A model generated the notes under the pieces. It was given only the letters and a program-made list of their open reading frames with translations, was not told the DNA's origin and ran no database searches. 64,000 bases of DNA from Chiloscyllium plagiosum (Eukaryota). Position 1 is the stretch's first letter; each line of letters opens with the position of its first letter. Of this stretch, positions 38,511 to 51,143 are shown in pieces. Location of the stretch: contig NC_057711.1 in assembly GCF_004010195.1 (NCBI RefSeq), positions 81,481,366-81,545,365 of the forward strand, read 5' to 3'. Position numbers and translations under genes: made by a program.

Positions 38511-39070
38511 TACAAAGTACAAATCTAAGGGTAAATGATAGATAATGATCAAAGTTACAACAAGAGTAAAAAGATAAAATAAAAGACTCTGTATCTCTGA
38601 GTGCAGCAAAACAAAAGAAATGAACTGAGGGTGGGGTAAATAGAAAGAAATAAGTGCAATCAAGTAGCCATTACAGAGACAAGGCTGCAGGATGACATGG
38701 ATGGTACCTGACTATTCAAGGGCACAGGACATTTTGGAGGTCAAGGAAGCTAGGAAAAAGTAGAGGGATGTCTGTGTTTAGTCATGATGATAATATATCA
38801 GTGTACAGGGATGATTCAAGTTCAGGAAGCCAGGATGTACAAATAGTTTGGGTAAAGATGAGAAATGACAAAGACAATCGGTCACTTGTGGAAGTAGTAT
38901 AAAAATCCCCTAACTGTGACCATGAAAAGATCAAATGGGTAAAGGTTTCCTCAGTATGATCTTGAGCCAGGCAGAAGCAAGCAATACTCGTCTAATATTG
39001 TAGAATGAAGCACGATAAATTGACGTTTTTAGAGTGAAAATGGCCATGGATAATCTGATTGACTTTAGCA

Positions 39071-40520
39071 TTCCAAGATGGCTGCAGCAAAGTAGCAGCA
39101 CTTGGGCCTGGTGCTGAGCTCAGGGCTTGTCTGCTTCCACCTGCAATTTTGTTTTTGTTTCTTTTAGCTTTGCTCTTTTTGTTTACCTTTATTAGCGGAA
39201 TTGGTTCCTTCATGGAGTGTCAGCAGCAGCAGGACTACTCCCTCCACAGAGTGTTGGCAGGAGTGGGAATGTATCCTTCCCAAGTGTTGGCAGGGGTGGG
39301 AGCAGTTCCTTCTCAGAGTGTTGGCAGGGATGGGATAAATAGGAGAGATTACTTTCAGGAATGTCAGCAGCAGCGGGAGCAGTTCCTTCTGGGAATGTGA
39401 GCAGTGGTGGGAGCAGTTCCTTCCCGGAGTGTGAGCAGTGACGGGAGCAGTTCCTTCCCGGAGTGTGAGCAGTGACGGGAGCAATTCTTTCCCAGAGTGT
39501 GAGCAGTGGGAGCAATTCTTTCCCGGAGTGTGAGCAGTGGGAGCAGTTCTTTCCCGAAGTGTGAGCAGTGACAGGAGCAGTTCCTTCCCGGAGTGTGAGC
39601 AGTGGGAGCAGTTCTTTCCCGGAGTGTGAGCAGTGACGGGAGCAGTTCTTTCCCGAAGTGTGAGCAGTGACAGGAGCAGTTCCTTCCCGGAGTGTGAGCA
39701 GTGGGAGCAGTTCTTTCCCGGAGTGTGAGCAGTGACGGGAGCAATTATTTCCCGGAGTGTGAGCAGTGACGGGAGCAATTCTTTCCCGGAGTGTGAGCAG
39801 TGACGGGAGCAGTTCCTTCCCGGAGTGTGAGCACTGACGGGAGCTGTTCCTGCCCGGAGTGTGAGCAGAGACTGGAGCAGTTCCTTCCTGGAGTGTGAGC
39901 AACGTTGCAAGCAGTTCCTTCCTGGAGTGTGAGCAGCGGGAGCTGTTCCTTCCCGGAGTGTGAGTAGCGTTGGGCACAGTTCCTTCCTAGAGGTTGGCCA
40001 GGGCAGCAACATAAGCCCAGAGAGGTACCAGCTGCTTCAGCTTAGTGAGTCGCGCCAAGTCTGAGCCCAGACTGGGCCGTGGCTGCTTCTGCAGTAGCTG
40101 CATTGCTGTGATTTGCCCAACACAGATCTTGGCAGCAGCAGCATCAGCAGAGGCAAGATGGCACTGAAGATTGGCGACACTGTTCCAGTACTGGAGGTGT
40201 GCCCGCCGGCCTTGTCTGATCCCAGATTCCTGATGGTGGAGGCAGTGACATTCCAGCTGTGTTGGCATGCAGGGAATCAGGGCAACTCAGCGTTCACAGA
40301 CTGAAGGATGGATATTGTGGCTTTGCTTTTCTGGTGGCAAGGATTCAGGTGGGAATGATCGAGATATTTCATTTTCTTTCGGTTGTTTCTTTTATTTCTG
40401 CTTCTGTTTCTAATCCTGTCTTTTACAAACTAAGTTGGCAGCAGAGAATTGCAACTTTGTACCCTTTCCACAGTATTCCCATATTCCTGTACTAGTGTAC
40501 ACATGACAATATAATCTAAA
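39071..40520 (+). mobile_element. Non-coding VNTR-containing retroposon, copy 3
   Basis: Starts TTCCAAGATGGCTGC, then a T-rich tract and VNTR; ends 'tttccacagtatt...gtacacatgacaatataatctaaatc'. Cleanly interrupts a CR1. Confidence 0.7.
39213..39990. repeat. VNTR with 34/31-bp unit (GGGAGCAGTTCCTTCCCGGAGTGTGAGCAGT[GAC])
   Basis: Directly visible tandem array; homogeneous core at ~39400-39900. Confidence 0.95.
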
Positions 40521-41249
40521 TCCAGTTTGAGGGAGAGAAGAGTGAGTCCAAGACTTTTTAAACTTAAAAGACATGATGAGGGCATGAAAGCAGGCCTAGC
40601 TGAAATGAATTGGCAAATTCAGTTGAATAACAGATTAATAAGAATGCAATGGTTGATATTTTAGAGCACATTTCAGAACACACAGAATAGTTAAATGCCA
40701 ATGGTTAACTAGAAATGTTAAAGACAGTTTCAAACTTGAAGAAACAGCATATCATTGCACAAAAGCAAGTCACATGTCGGAAGATTGAACAGAATATAGA
40801 AAACAGTAGAGAATGACAGAAGTGGATAAAGAAGGAAATTAGAATTCCAGAGAAAACAAGCTAGAAATATGAAAAACAAATCATAAGAGTATCTATAAGT
40901 ATTTGAAAAAGGAAGAGTTAACAAAGTTAGCATTGACCCAATAGAAAGTAAATCCCAAAAGCAGCAATAAGTCAAGAAAAGGAAGGAGCTCATGCAAATT
41001 ACAATCGCCAGATAGGTGATACTGAGTAAACTGTTCGAGCTGCAGGTTAATACCTGCCCCGGTCTCGAAGGATTTCACCCTCAGGTATTAAAATAAGGAG
41101 CAAGTGATATTGATGATGTGACCTTACTGAAACATACAGCATTCTGAAGAGGCTTGACAGGGTAAATGTTGAGAAAATGTTTCCACTAGTGGAGTAATTG
41201 CAATCAAAGGAACACAGTTACAGAATAAGTGGATACTGATCAGTATGGA

Positions 41250-42680
41250 TCTGTCTAGGTGGGGGCATATCTTGCTCTACAACACACTGGGATATCAATC
41301 TGACAGCTACAGCATGTGCATGCATAATGTATTTTTTCAAGCAAATGGCTATTTCAGCACATGGATAGTGGCCAGTTCTCAAGTTAGTCAAGGTGGATTG
41401 TAGGGGACACTGTCGGTTGGAGGTTCCCGGTATTGTCAGTCACAGGGACAGTCCAGGGGCTTGTCCACAGCTACTTGCCTCTTTTGGCCATCGTGGTCAA
41501 TGAATATATCTAATCACAGTCCAGGGAATGGGCAATGATCAGTCCAGAGGAGCCATCCACCTTCTATTGGAAGGATGGTGTTAAATTTGAGAAGGTACAG
41601 AAAAGATTTACAAGGATGCTATAAGACTGGAGGGTTTGACATATTGAGAGAGGTTGAATAGGCTGGGGCTATTTTCCCTGAAGCGTCAGAGGGATGGCCA
41701 TATAAAATCATGAAGGGCATGGATAGGGTGAATAGCCAAGATCTTTTTCCCAGCATAGACGAGTCCAAAACTCGAGGGCATAGGTTTAACGTAAGAGGGG
41801 AAAGATTTAAAAAGGACCTGGGGGGTGAATTTTTCATGTCAAGGCTGTTGGCCCTGGTCCTCCTCTATCTGCCTTCACCTTATTAGGAAGGTAGCCATAG
41901 CAACCAATATCAGCTTCAGCCTCAACATGGGCAGCAACCAAGTGAAAGTGCCACGATGGCTGAGTGATCAATACACTGCACCAAAAAGAGAGTGCCTGAT
42001 GCTCCCCCTTTCTATCACAAACCCACAACAACCATGAAACTATTCATTGCATTCAGTGCAGTCCATTGTAATACTCACGTAACAGATGAGCGAGCCAACA
42101 GCAGGCCCCAGAGCAGTAGCAGGCTATGGCGAGGTTGAAGAACACGCAGCTCAGGCAAAGGCCACAGGTCCACTCAGGATATGTCGGATCCAAAAGGGGA
42201 CCAGAGGTTTTCATCCCCAACTCCTTTTCCTGGGAATGAGTGAAGTGCAGCGTCGATGCAGGCTGCATCTGTCCTGGGACAGAATGCTGCTGGATGCTGG
42301 AGTAGGACCTGAAGGCTTTAGGAGTGGGAGGCCATCCTCTCCAAATGGCTGTGAAGATGACAGCTGCACTGGACTTCTATATGACTGGTTCCTTCTGGGG
42401 AGTGATGAATGAGCTGTATGGGATCTCTCCGTCATGCACAATAAATGTATCAGGACAGTAACCGATGTCATCTTTACAAGGTCACACTGGTTTATTTTGT
42501 TCCTCTGAGCCCAGCCAATGCTAATGGAGTATGCTCTGAGACTTTGGTGACAAGTGTCCAACACAGAGATACTTGGGGCAAGCGGTGAGCCGAAGTCACC
42601 TAGTGCCTACTCTGACTTCCATGTTGTGAAATCCTGGCATCCAGTTTGTTCACAGTGGGTAGTGCAATAAAAGGCAAGAT
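41250..42680 (-). mobile_element. Decayed Vingi/I-group-like LINE, internally deleted
   Basis: Minus strand ends in a 'CPCD..Q...QCPL...AICL' cysteine-motif-like segment; APE-like start near 42650. Confidence 0.35.
41565..41837 (+). mobile_element. CR1 3'-ORF fragment
   Basis: 'ggaaggatggtgttaaatttgagaaggtacagaaaagatttacaaggatg...aaaactcgagggcataggttt'. Confidence 0.85.
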
Positions 42681-44309
42681 TAGAAGTTAATAAAGTTAAA
42701 AACAAACAGTAATCCCCTTTAACAGACAACTTGCCATGGCCCAGCAAGAGACTCTCCTCGAAGGACAGAACTTGGTTAACTAATGTAGAATTTGTTCATG
42801 ACATTGAGATAGGTCTCACCAGCCTTCTTTCCTGATTCTGCTGCAGTGGTACTATAGCCCACATTACTCAGGTACAACAAGATTCTACCTGATATTATGA
42901 AGTCCAGTAAATGATAATTCCACAAGTTCTACATTAAATTGTGCTAGACAATATACATATGATTACATAGTGCAGAAAAAGACAAAAGATTTGTACATGC
43001 ATCCATCTATTGATCCACCATCAATAAATCTATGATAATGTTCCTGCAAAGCATTTTACAAGGGTTAGGATTAGGGTTAAAGTTACTACAAATTGATGTT
43101 ACTGTTTATCGAACCAAGTTAAGAACTCCAGTGTTACAAATACTGGCCTGTCCCTTCTCCTAACAACATTAAGTATATCAAACATCTCCCTTTCCTCTTC
43201 TTGACTATCTCTTTCCTCTGCAGCTGATGAAAATACAAAAGAAATCTGAGATCTTTTGGCATAATGTTTCTACTCTGTAGCTGCAGGAAGCTAAAACTTT
43301 TGGTGGGAATTCAATATTTAGCCACATTTATTGGGTTTAATTAATACTCTTACTGCATTTTATTTTCTTCTCTTTCAGCATTACCTTCTTTCGCATGTAA
43401 ATTGAACTTCCAAAATTATTCCTGTCCCACATGCTAGACAGTATTGCATTGAGCTAATAATTATCTGGGCCTACTCAGCTGAAATGGGAACAGTAACTGT
43501 TTGACCTTGAAAGTGAAGACCTGATGTAGTTCTGTAAGGATGAATGAACACTGTCTCAGGATAATTCATTGCATGTTTCTTGGTGCTTTTTTGCTGTTTG
43601 TGCACCTCTGGTAATTTACTTTTATAAATGTGAATATTCAGCTTCAATCTTGAATGGACTTTCAAATGAGCACAAAAGATGCACGGTGCATAAAAACGTA
43701 TAACTGCAGCATTGACACAGGATGAATTAGTGTTCCCACATGAAACCAGCAGATAAAGCAGAACACCAATAACACAAATATTTATTAGGAGCATTGAAAT
43801 TATCCTCAGCCTGTATAGCTAGCATAATTAAAAAGTATGATGTTCCTTACAAAACAGATTACCAATGTTAATGTATAAAGCTAATCTTTAAACAAAATAC
43901 CATCTTATAAAATATTGCTATTGATTATAGCAGAAGTGCAGCATTTTTATGACATTCCTCTGTCTGTTGTTTTAATGGAGGCATTAATTTATTTATCTTC
44001 AATGGGTCAATGGCTCCATTAACATAGCAATTTCCTCTGATTATGGGAAGTGTTCTTTTGTTTATATTGCCAACAATAATGTTTTGACTAATTACTTTAA
44101 TTAAAAGGTGTTTAAAAGGACATGTGATGAAAAAGTATTCTTCACATAGATACTTGCAGGGCATTGAGGTTGATCTGGTCATTCTTATACAGAAGTTTAT
44201 TATAGACTAACAAATACAGGAGAAATGATTGATAGTTTGAGGAATATCACTGGAGATTCAGATAAGATGTTGTCTTTCACATCTCTTTTATATCTGTGAT
44301 ATCCAATGA

Positions 44310-45270
44310 TCCTATAAGGGCATGAAAGCAGAGCTAGCAAAAGTAAACTGACAATTTAGGCTAAGGGCTAGGTCAATCGAGGTGTGGTGAAAATCAGTTA
44401 GGAGGATATTCCAGAAAGCATAGAATAGATACATTCCAACAAATAAGAAAAATTCTAAGATATGAAGCCCCTATCCATGAATAACTAAAAAAGCCAACAA
44501 GAGTATCAAACTCAAAGTAAAGAAATACAATCCGCAAAGATAGGTGGCAGGTCAAAAGATCAGATGGAATAGAAGAAACAGCAAAGAGCAACCAAAAGAT
44601 TAATAAGAAGGGAAAAATTAGAGCAAAGAGAAAGCTAGCCAAAAAGAAATTAAAAACAACCGGGAAACATTTATTCATATATTTAAAGATAAGAGTTAAC
44701 AAAATAAGCATTGGTCCTATAGATAACGAATCTGGGGAATCAGGATAAAAACATGCCAGATGAATTGAACACATTATATTTTAGCATTGGTCTTCACTAA
44801 ACTAATCTTCACTAGACTAATACCTGGAATGAGTAAATTGCTTTATGATGAAAGACTAACATGCTCGTCCTGTATCCTCTGGAGTTGAGAAGAGTCAGAA
44901 ATGACTTAATTGAAATATGTGAGATCCAGGTCAATGTGGAAAATAAGTTTTCTCTTATGGGAGAATCTAGAACTAGGGGTCACAGTCTAAAAATAAGGGG
45001 ACGCCCACATTCAAAACAAGGATGAAGAGAAAGTTCTTCTCTCAGAGGATTGTGAGTCTTTGGAAATCCCTTCTTCAAAGGTCAACGGATGCAGAATCTT
45101 TAAGCATTTTTAAGGCAGAGGAAGATATATTTTTGATTATCAAGGTAATGAAAGATGATCAGGGTATGCAGAATGTAGAGCTGAAGTTAAAATCAGATCA
45201 GCTGCGAACATATTGGTTGGTGGAGCAGGCTCAAAGGATGGAGTGGCCTACTTTTGTTCCTTGCTATAAG
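44310..45270 (+). mobile_element. CR1 LINE with a large internal deletion (EN/linker joined to 3' end)
   Basis: Linker similar to ~40580-40950; 3' peptide 'MKRKFFSQRIVSLWKSL'. Confidence 0.75.
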
Positions 45271-45547
45271 TTTGCAATGTTCAACTTGCCCATTTGACAC
45301 GAGCAAACTCAGAATCAGATCTTTGAATTTGCTATTTCATGAAGTATATTGCTTAGATTAGGTTGGTTTCCTGTTGCTTTCACTGTTAGATTTCCTCAGA
45401 CTTGCTTCAGATTTGTGAAGAATTATTTTCAAAATATCCATGGTGCATATGATGGCTGTGTGGTAGGAGTTCCAATGGAAATGTGTCTTGTTTCTGAATA
45501 ATTGGTGCATGAAAATAATGAATTGTCCAGGATGGATTCAGTTTTAA

Positions 45548-46690
45548 AAATTCAGTCATGAAATGTAGACATCACTGATGACCAACATTTATTAACCACC
45601 TCTAATTTCCCCGGGGACAGTGGTGTTGAACTGAACTGTATTCTGCAACCGCTGCAGACATTCAGGTTGAGAGACACTCACACTGCTGTTTGAAAGGGGA
45701 CTTCTAGGTTTTGAACCCAGCAACAGTGAAGAAAAGCAATAGAGTTAGGGAGATGGCATGTAGCTTGGCAGGGTACTTTCAGGTGATGGTGTTCCTATAC
45801 ATCCATTGCCCTTGACCTTTTAGACAGTAGAAATCCTGGATTTGGAAGGTGCTGTTAAAGGAAACTTGCTAAGTTACTTCATTACATCTTGTAAATAATA
45901 CCCATTGTTGTCACCATGCATTGGTAGTGAAGGGAGTGTATGCTGTAATTTGTAGTTAGGGTTCCAATCAAGCGAGATGCTTTGTCCTATATTATGTGTT
46001 ATTGGAGTTGTACTCATCCAAGCAAGTGGGAGTATTCCATTTCATTCCTGACTTGCCTTCTGAATGGTGGATAGACTTTGTGGAGACAGGAGGTGAGTTA
46101 CCACCTGCAAGATTCATAGTTACTTGCTTGCTCTTGTAGCCACTATTTTTATATGGCTGGTCCAGTTCAGTTTCTGGTCAATGGCAACATAACCCCAGAA
46201 GATTGATATTGCTTGATACAGCAATGATAATGCCTTTGAACAGCAAGGAGCAATAGTAAGATGCTGTCTTTTTGGAGATGGCCATTGCCTGATACTTCTG
46301 TGGCAAGTGTTACTTGCTACTTAGCAGAAAAATCCAGGCTTGTGTTGATAAGGGCATGGAAAGTTTCATTATTTGAGGAGTCATGAATGGTGCTAAATAT
46401 TGTCCAGCCATCAGTGAACAGCCTCACCTCTGCAATATCATGTAAAGAAGATCATTGGTAAAGTAGCTGAAGATGTTTGGCATAGGGCACTGTGTTAAGG
46501 AACTCCTCCTACAGCAATGTCTTGGGATGGGGATAATTGTCCTCCAAAAACCACAACCATCCTCCTTTGTGTCAGAATATGACTCCAACCAGCAGAGAAT
46601 TTTCCATCTGATTCCCACTAACTCCAGTTTTCATAGGACTCCTTGATGCCACACTCAGTCAAATGCAGTTTTGTTGTCAGGGCAGTCAGT
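45548..46690 (-). mobile_element. CR1-clade LINE (second family) 3' portion
   Basis: Reverse complement homologous to ~37960-38500, plus 3' tail 'attcagtcatgaaatgtagacatcactg..ccaacatttatt'. Confidence 0.7.
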
Positions 46691-46849
46691 CAATAATGGG
46701 ATTTGTGTATAATGAATGCAATACAAGTCTCACTGAATAAGCAGGCATTTTATTATTGATTCCAATCTCACAGTCACATACAATATCCATACTTAGATAA
46801 AGTAATTTTTTCACATCATATGGGACAGAATTTATACACAGAAGTCTGA

Positions 46850-47070
46850 ATAGTAACACAGCTTGCGGAAAAGCTGTCGTGAATGGCAGAGATGCATGTA
46901 AGGGGAAACTGGACAAGCATTTGAGGGACAAGAAATGAAGTCAGTCCAATGGTAGATTTAAAGGAGAAAAGATTGGAGGAGTCTTGAGGGGAGCATAAAC
47001 ACCAGCACAGACTGGTTATGCCAAATGACAAGTTTCCACGCCAGTGTAATCCTGTCAGTGACATTCTGTA
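46850..47070 (+). mobile_element. CR1 3' UTR fragment
   Basis: 'gatgcatgtaaggggaaactggacaagc...ggagcataaacaccagcacagac'. Confidence 0.55.
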
Positions 47071-47217
47071 GAAGCCAGCAAAATTATAGAAATATGTTGT
47101 CTTCTTAGGCTGTTGCTGTTGATTAAAACTCACCTCTTTGATATGTCCATGGATAGCAAACAGGTTCATATAGTGGATGGATAGGACTAGTTTAAAAAGA
47201 ACTAATTGGTGATAAGT

Positions 47218-47428
47218 AAAGTTAAAAATCACACAACACCAGGTTACAGTCCAACAGGTTCATTTGGAAGCAATAGCTTTCAGAGCACTGCTCCTTCATC
47301 AGGTGGTTGCTATGAAGGAGCAGTGCTCCAAAATCTAGTGCTTCTAAATATACCTGCTGGACTATAACCTGGTGTTATGTGATTTTTAACTTTGCCCACC
47401 CCAGTCCAACACTGACACCTCCAAATCA
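47218..47428. mobile_element. PLE-derived palindromic mini-element (family 2) with two inverted hammerhead ends
   Basis: Arms ~47218-47299 / 47312-47393; minus-strand core CUGAUGA-AGGAGCAGUGCUCU-GAAA-GCUA at 47274-47302; near-TSD TGATAA(G/A)TAAAG. Confidence 0.8.
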
Positions 47429-47708
47429 TGATAAATAAAGGTACACTGACCTCGCTGATATTGACAAAGCCATAGAGGTGTCATTGATGTTCTTTCTGAA
47501 AAAGTTTTACTATTTGAGGAGTCATGAATGGTGCTAAATATTGACTCCTCAAATAGTGAATACTTCTACTGGCATTACACTTGTGTAATGGAATGATAGA
47601 ACTCAGATTAAATGCCATGTGGTAATTCAACATCACAGACAGCCCTCCCCTTCTTTTGGTAGTTTGCCTCTGAATAAGTCGGCAAGGGTGGCATTGTGGC
47701 TCAGAAAG

Positions 47709-48018
47709 GAGGCATGGTGGCTCAGTGGTTAGCACTGCTGCCTCACAGTGCCAGGGACCTGGGTTCAATTCCAGCCTCAGGTGACTGTCTGTGTGGAGTT
47801 TGCACATTCTCCCCGTGTCTGCATGGGTTTCCTCCGGGTGCTCCGGTTTCCTCCCACAATCACAAAAGATGTGCAGGTCAGGTGAATTGGCAGCATAGTG
47901 TTAGGTGCATTAGTCAGAGGGAAATAGATATGGGTCTGGGTGGGTTACTCTTCGGAGGGTCAGTTTGGACTTGTTGGGCCAAACGGCCTGTTTCCACATT
48001 GTAGGGAATCTAATCTAG
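47709..48018 (+). mobile_element. HE1-type V-SINE
   Basis: A/B boxes, V domain and tail. Confidence 0.9.
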
Positions 48019-48294
48019 TCAAGTCCAGAACTGACAGTGTACTGAATGCTGTTGTCATTGTACACAAAAGTGCAGAACAATGGTAGAAAATTTTAAAACA
48101 ACCAACTTTAAGATGAAGACTACAACAATCAAACTTCAACTTTGCAATAATATTGTGCTACTGAGTGTGTGACAGATCAAATAAGTGATATATTATCAGA
48201 TCAATATGGAGGTAAAAATAAAGCAAGAGTGAATATTGGACCACTACAAATTAAAACTAGTGAAGTAATAATGGGGAACAAAGAAATAGCAGGG

Positions 48295-50460
48295 TGGGCA
48301 TAGTTCTCAGTCGGGTAGAGGAAGACAGTTTTCATTTAGGTGGTCCTGGCACAGTAAGTCAAAGGCATTGTTTGATATCATTCCAGGGCTTGGACTCAGT
48401 CAGTTGACCATTTGAATCATTGAAGGTCAGGCAGTCCATTACTCTACAGTCAGTTCTGCCAGTCCATTTCAACCAGTTTGGGAAGTTCACAATAGGTCAG
48501 CCAGGGAGCTGCACAGACATTAGTTATGGGTCCATTCACTCACCAGCTGGTATTGTCGCTCCAAGTCAGTCAGGGGTGTGAGCCATGGTCAGTACTGGAT
48601 CTACCCACCCCAAAACATTGGGGAGTAACCAGGAGCCACTGCTCTGTTGAGGATATTGAGGGTGTCAATTTTGGAGATTGGTGGCAGCAGAGGGCATAAC
48701 AATTGTGAAGGAGGCAACTCAACATATAAGGGTGGGAGACAACAGAGCATGGGAGAGGAAAGGGTACTGTGCTGTGGTGGGCAGCTACCAGAACATTCTT
48801 TGACCTATCGACAATGGGGTCATGAGTTGATAGTCACTAGCAACCTGGTTCCATTGGAGGCATAATGCATGAATATATTTGGCATGACTAACCTGCTCAC
48901 CTGGGGCTCAGGGGATGAAGTGGTGAGATGAGCAGTGAAGTAAATGGGTTGGTGGCAACATGGAAACAATAAAAGCTGTTGGAGTTGACATGGAGGACAA
49001 GGAAGGAAGGAACATGAAGTTTTGAGCGTAATTCTAGATTAAGAGGCTAAGCTTATGACTTATTTCATAAAGTGCAATCTGTGTTGCCTTCTGTTCGCAT
49101 CCAAACTGTAAATATGCAAGGGAAATGAAAATGGTTGACACCGCATGAAGATTGAGAGGAGTAAGTGTTATATTTCTCTGAGGAAGAGGAGTATGAGGCT
49201 CTTTAAAGTGTTGTTCATGCTTTGGACATTTTGACCAATTTATTTACCATAAAAACACTTTACTGAAGGGCTCCTGCCAGTGAGGCAGACAAAGAGATAC
49301 AAACTTTGATCCATGATTAAATTCAATTTTATGAACAAAATATTCTCTATTAAAAACACTGTGTGTGCACTTTCCAAATTCCCACAATAATTACTCTCTA
49401 TCTAGCTCTAACCATCTGAGAAAGGATATTACCCACAATGACCCATATGTTTGAGCTGGGCCGTTGGAATCTCCTTCTTCTCCATTGTAGGGCTGGCCCT
49501 CTTCCATGAAGGTGGGTGTCGCAGGTCAGTGCAGACCTTCTTCTTGAGATGCCGCATGGTCTTCTGCCATAAGTCTTGCTGTGAATCTTCACTGAGTGAT
49601 GGCAATAGGGTATGCATTTTTATCCCCCTCTTTCTGGACCTTACAGAACATTCTTTGACCTATCGACAATGGGGTCATGAGTTGGGTTCAAAGTATCCAA
49701 TGGATCACACCAACACCCCACATGCTGGGGAGGTGCATGTCAGGATGTCAAAAAGTCTGATTAATACTTATCCATTTCACAACTCTTGGGCTGGTTGCCA
49801 ACTGGTTTTCTCTGAACCTTTATAACCTCTTTGACCTGGGTTTCCATTGGTCTCTGTAGCTGTTAATTGCTGGCTACCATTTAATCTAATTTTGCACAAT
49901 TTTCTGTTTGGCCCCATTTCTCCAGCTGTGGGTCAATTTAGACTGGTCAGTTTTGTACTCTTTGTAACTTGACTGTAAAAGGGCAATAGCATTAAAGAGT
50001 TACATGTCAATCTTGCGAAAGACTTCGAGATACAAGCAACATATTGGAGGCTGGGAGGAGTCACCTTAGTTGCCAAAATAGAATCATCTTCCACAGCTCC
50101 AAAGTCTTTACATCAAGCAGAAACTATTCATTTCATACCTTGGACAGAAAACATCCATACCATTAACCTATTTATAATGTTGCCTCTTTTTGGGGTCCTG
50201 TGGGAGTTGAGTTTGAGTTGGAGAGATCCTCATTATTGATGTCACATTTGTTACTGTGGGTGCGCCAAAAGACTAGAATCACAGGCATCTGAATCATGAC
50301 ACTGATACGCAACGTCCTTGTAAAGGCAGCCACTGGTCTTCTTGATGGGGGGATCCATGTCTCACTGTTTAAATGTTGTTCGCTTGTACTGAAACTGTTG
50401 CATGATCACATTACTGAGGAGCTGCCTTGTTTCTGATATTGCCAATATAGATTCATTGGA
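48295..50460 (-). mobile_element. Decayed Vingi/I-group-like LINE
   Basis: Weak minus-strand similarity to 'APVW..SAH.K.ID...LRPTP...AGIAPP' ('SHAKYI', 'LMTPL', 'SGSCPP') and a C-terminal Cys motif. Confidence 0.35.
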
Positions 50461-50487
50461 AACATCCAGGCAAAAAAAAACTATGGA

Positions 50488-50780
50488 TCATAGAATGCCT
50501 ACAGTATAGAAACAGGCCATTCAGCCCATCAATTCCACACTGATTCTCTCACACAAACGCATCGCTCCCCCCCCACCTCACCCTCCCCATCCTATCCCTG
50601 TAGCTCTGCATTACCCATGGCCAATCCTCCTAACTAACAAATCTTTGAACAGAGGGAGGAAACCCACACAGACATAGAGAGAATGTGCAAACTCCACGTA
50701 GACACCTGCCTGAAGGTGGGATTAAACCCAGGGCCCTGGCACTATAAGGCAGCAGTACTAACCACTGAGTCACCATGGTT
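50488..50780 (-). mobile_element. V-SINE (older subfamily)
   Basis: V domain 'gaatgtgcaaactccac', tRNA-like head, 'catagaatgcctacagt' tail. Confidence 0.8.
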
Positions 50781-51143
50781 AGCCACACATGTGAAGAACT
50801 AACATTTGTTTCTGAAAACCAAAGATCAACCATCATCAAATGCGGGACTGCTTTTTACTGAGGATTTTCCAGTCTTGGTGTCCTCCTGATGCAGTGATGA
50901 TACAGGATAGTGACAGCTATTTGTCATTCATGAAGAGCCATGCAGAAGAGAGAAGGTAACTTTAACATTCGCTGTCTAGAGGCTGAGGTCAGAATACCAC
51001 ATCATGCTATCCAGTGTCTGCAAGGCAAGCCCTTTTTCCACTGAGGCCAATGAAACCTATAAGGTAGTCCATTGACATCAGGCTTCCAAGCAGGTCATAT
51101 CTGAGGCTTCTTACCAGTACAGTCCACACAACAGATACCATTC

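Larger units (their letters stand above)
38570..41240 (+). mobile_element. CR1 LINE endonuclease-to-3' relic interrupted by a VNTR retroposon
   Basis: APE-like 'gtagccattacagagacaaggctg' (VAITETxL); sequence resumes '...ttagcatt | cagtttgagggagagaagag' across the insertion. Confidence 0.7.

Noticed and set aside
21475..39990. CRISPR-like appearance of the tandem arrays
   Set aside because: Units are contiguous with no unique spacers, there are no cas genes, and the context is vertebrate.
39164..40012. 282-aa and 255-aa Cys/His-rich ORFs resembling zinc fingers
   Set aside because: Arise from the 34/31-bp VNTR; the same motifs rotate through all frames.
43061..43079. Telomere-like AGGGTTAGGATTAGGGTTA
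   Set aside because: Only about three imperfect units; not a credible interstitial telomere.
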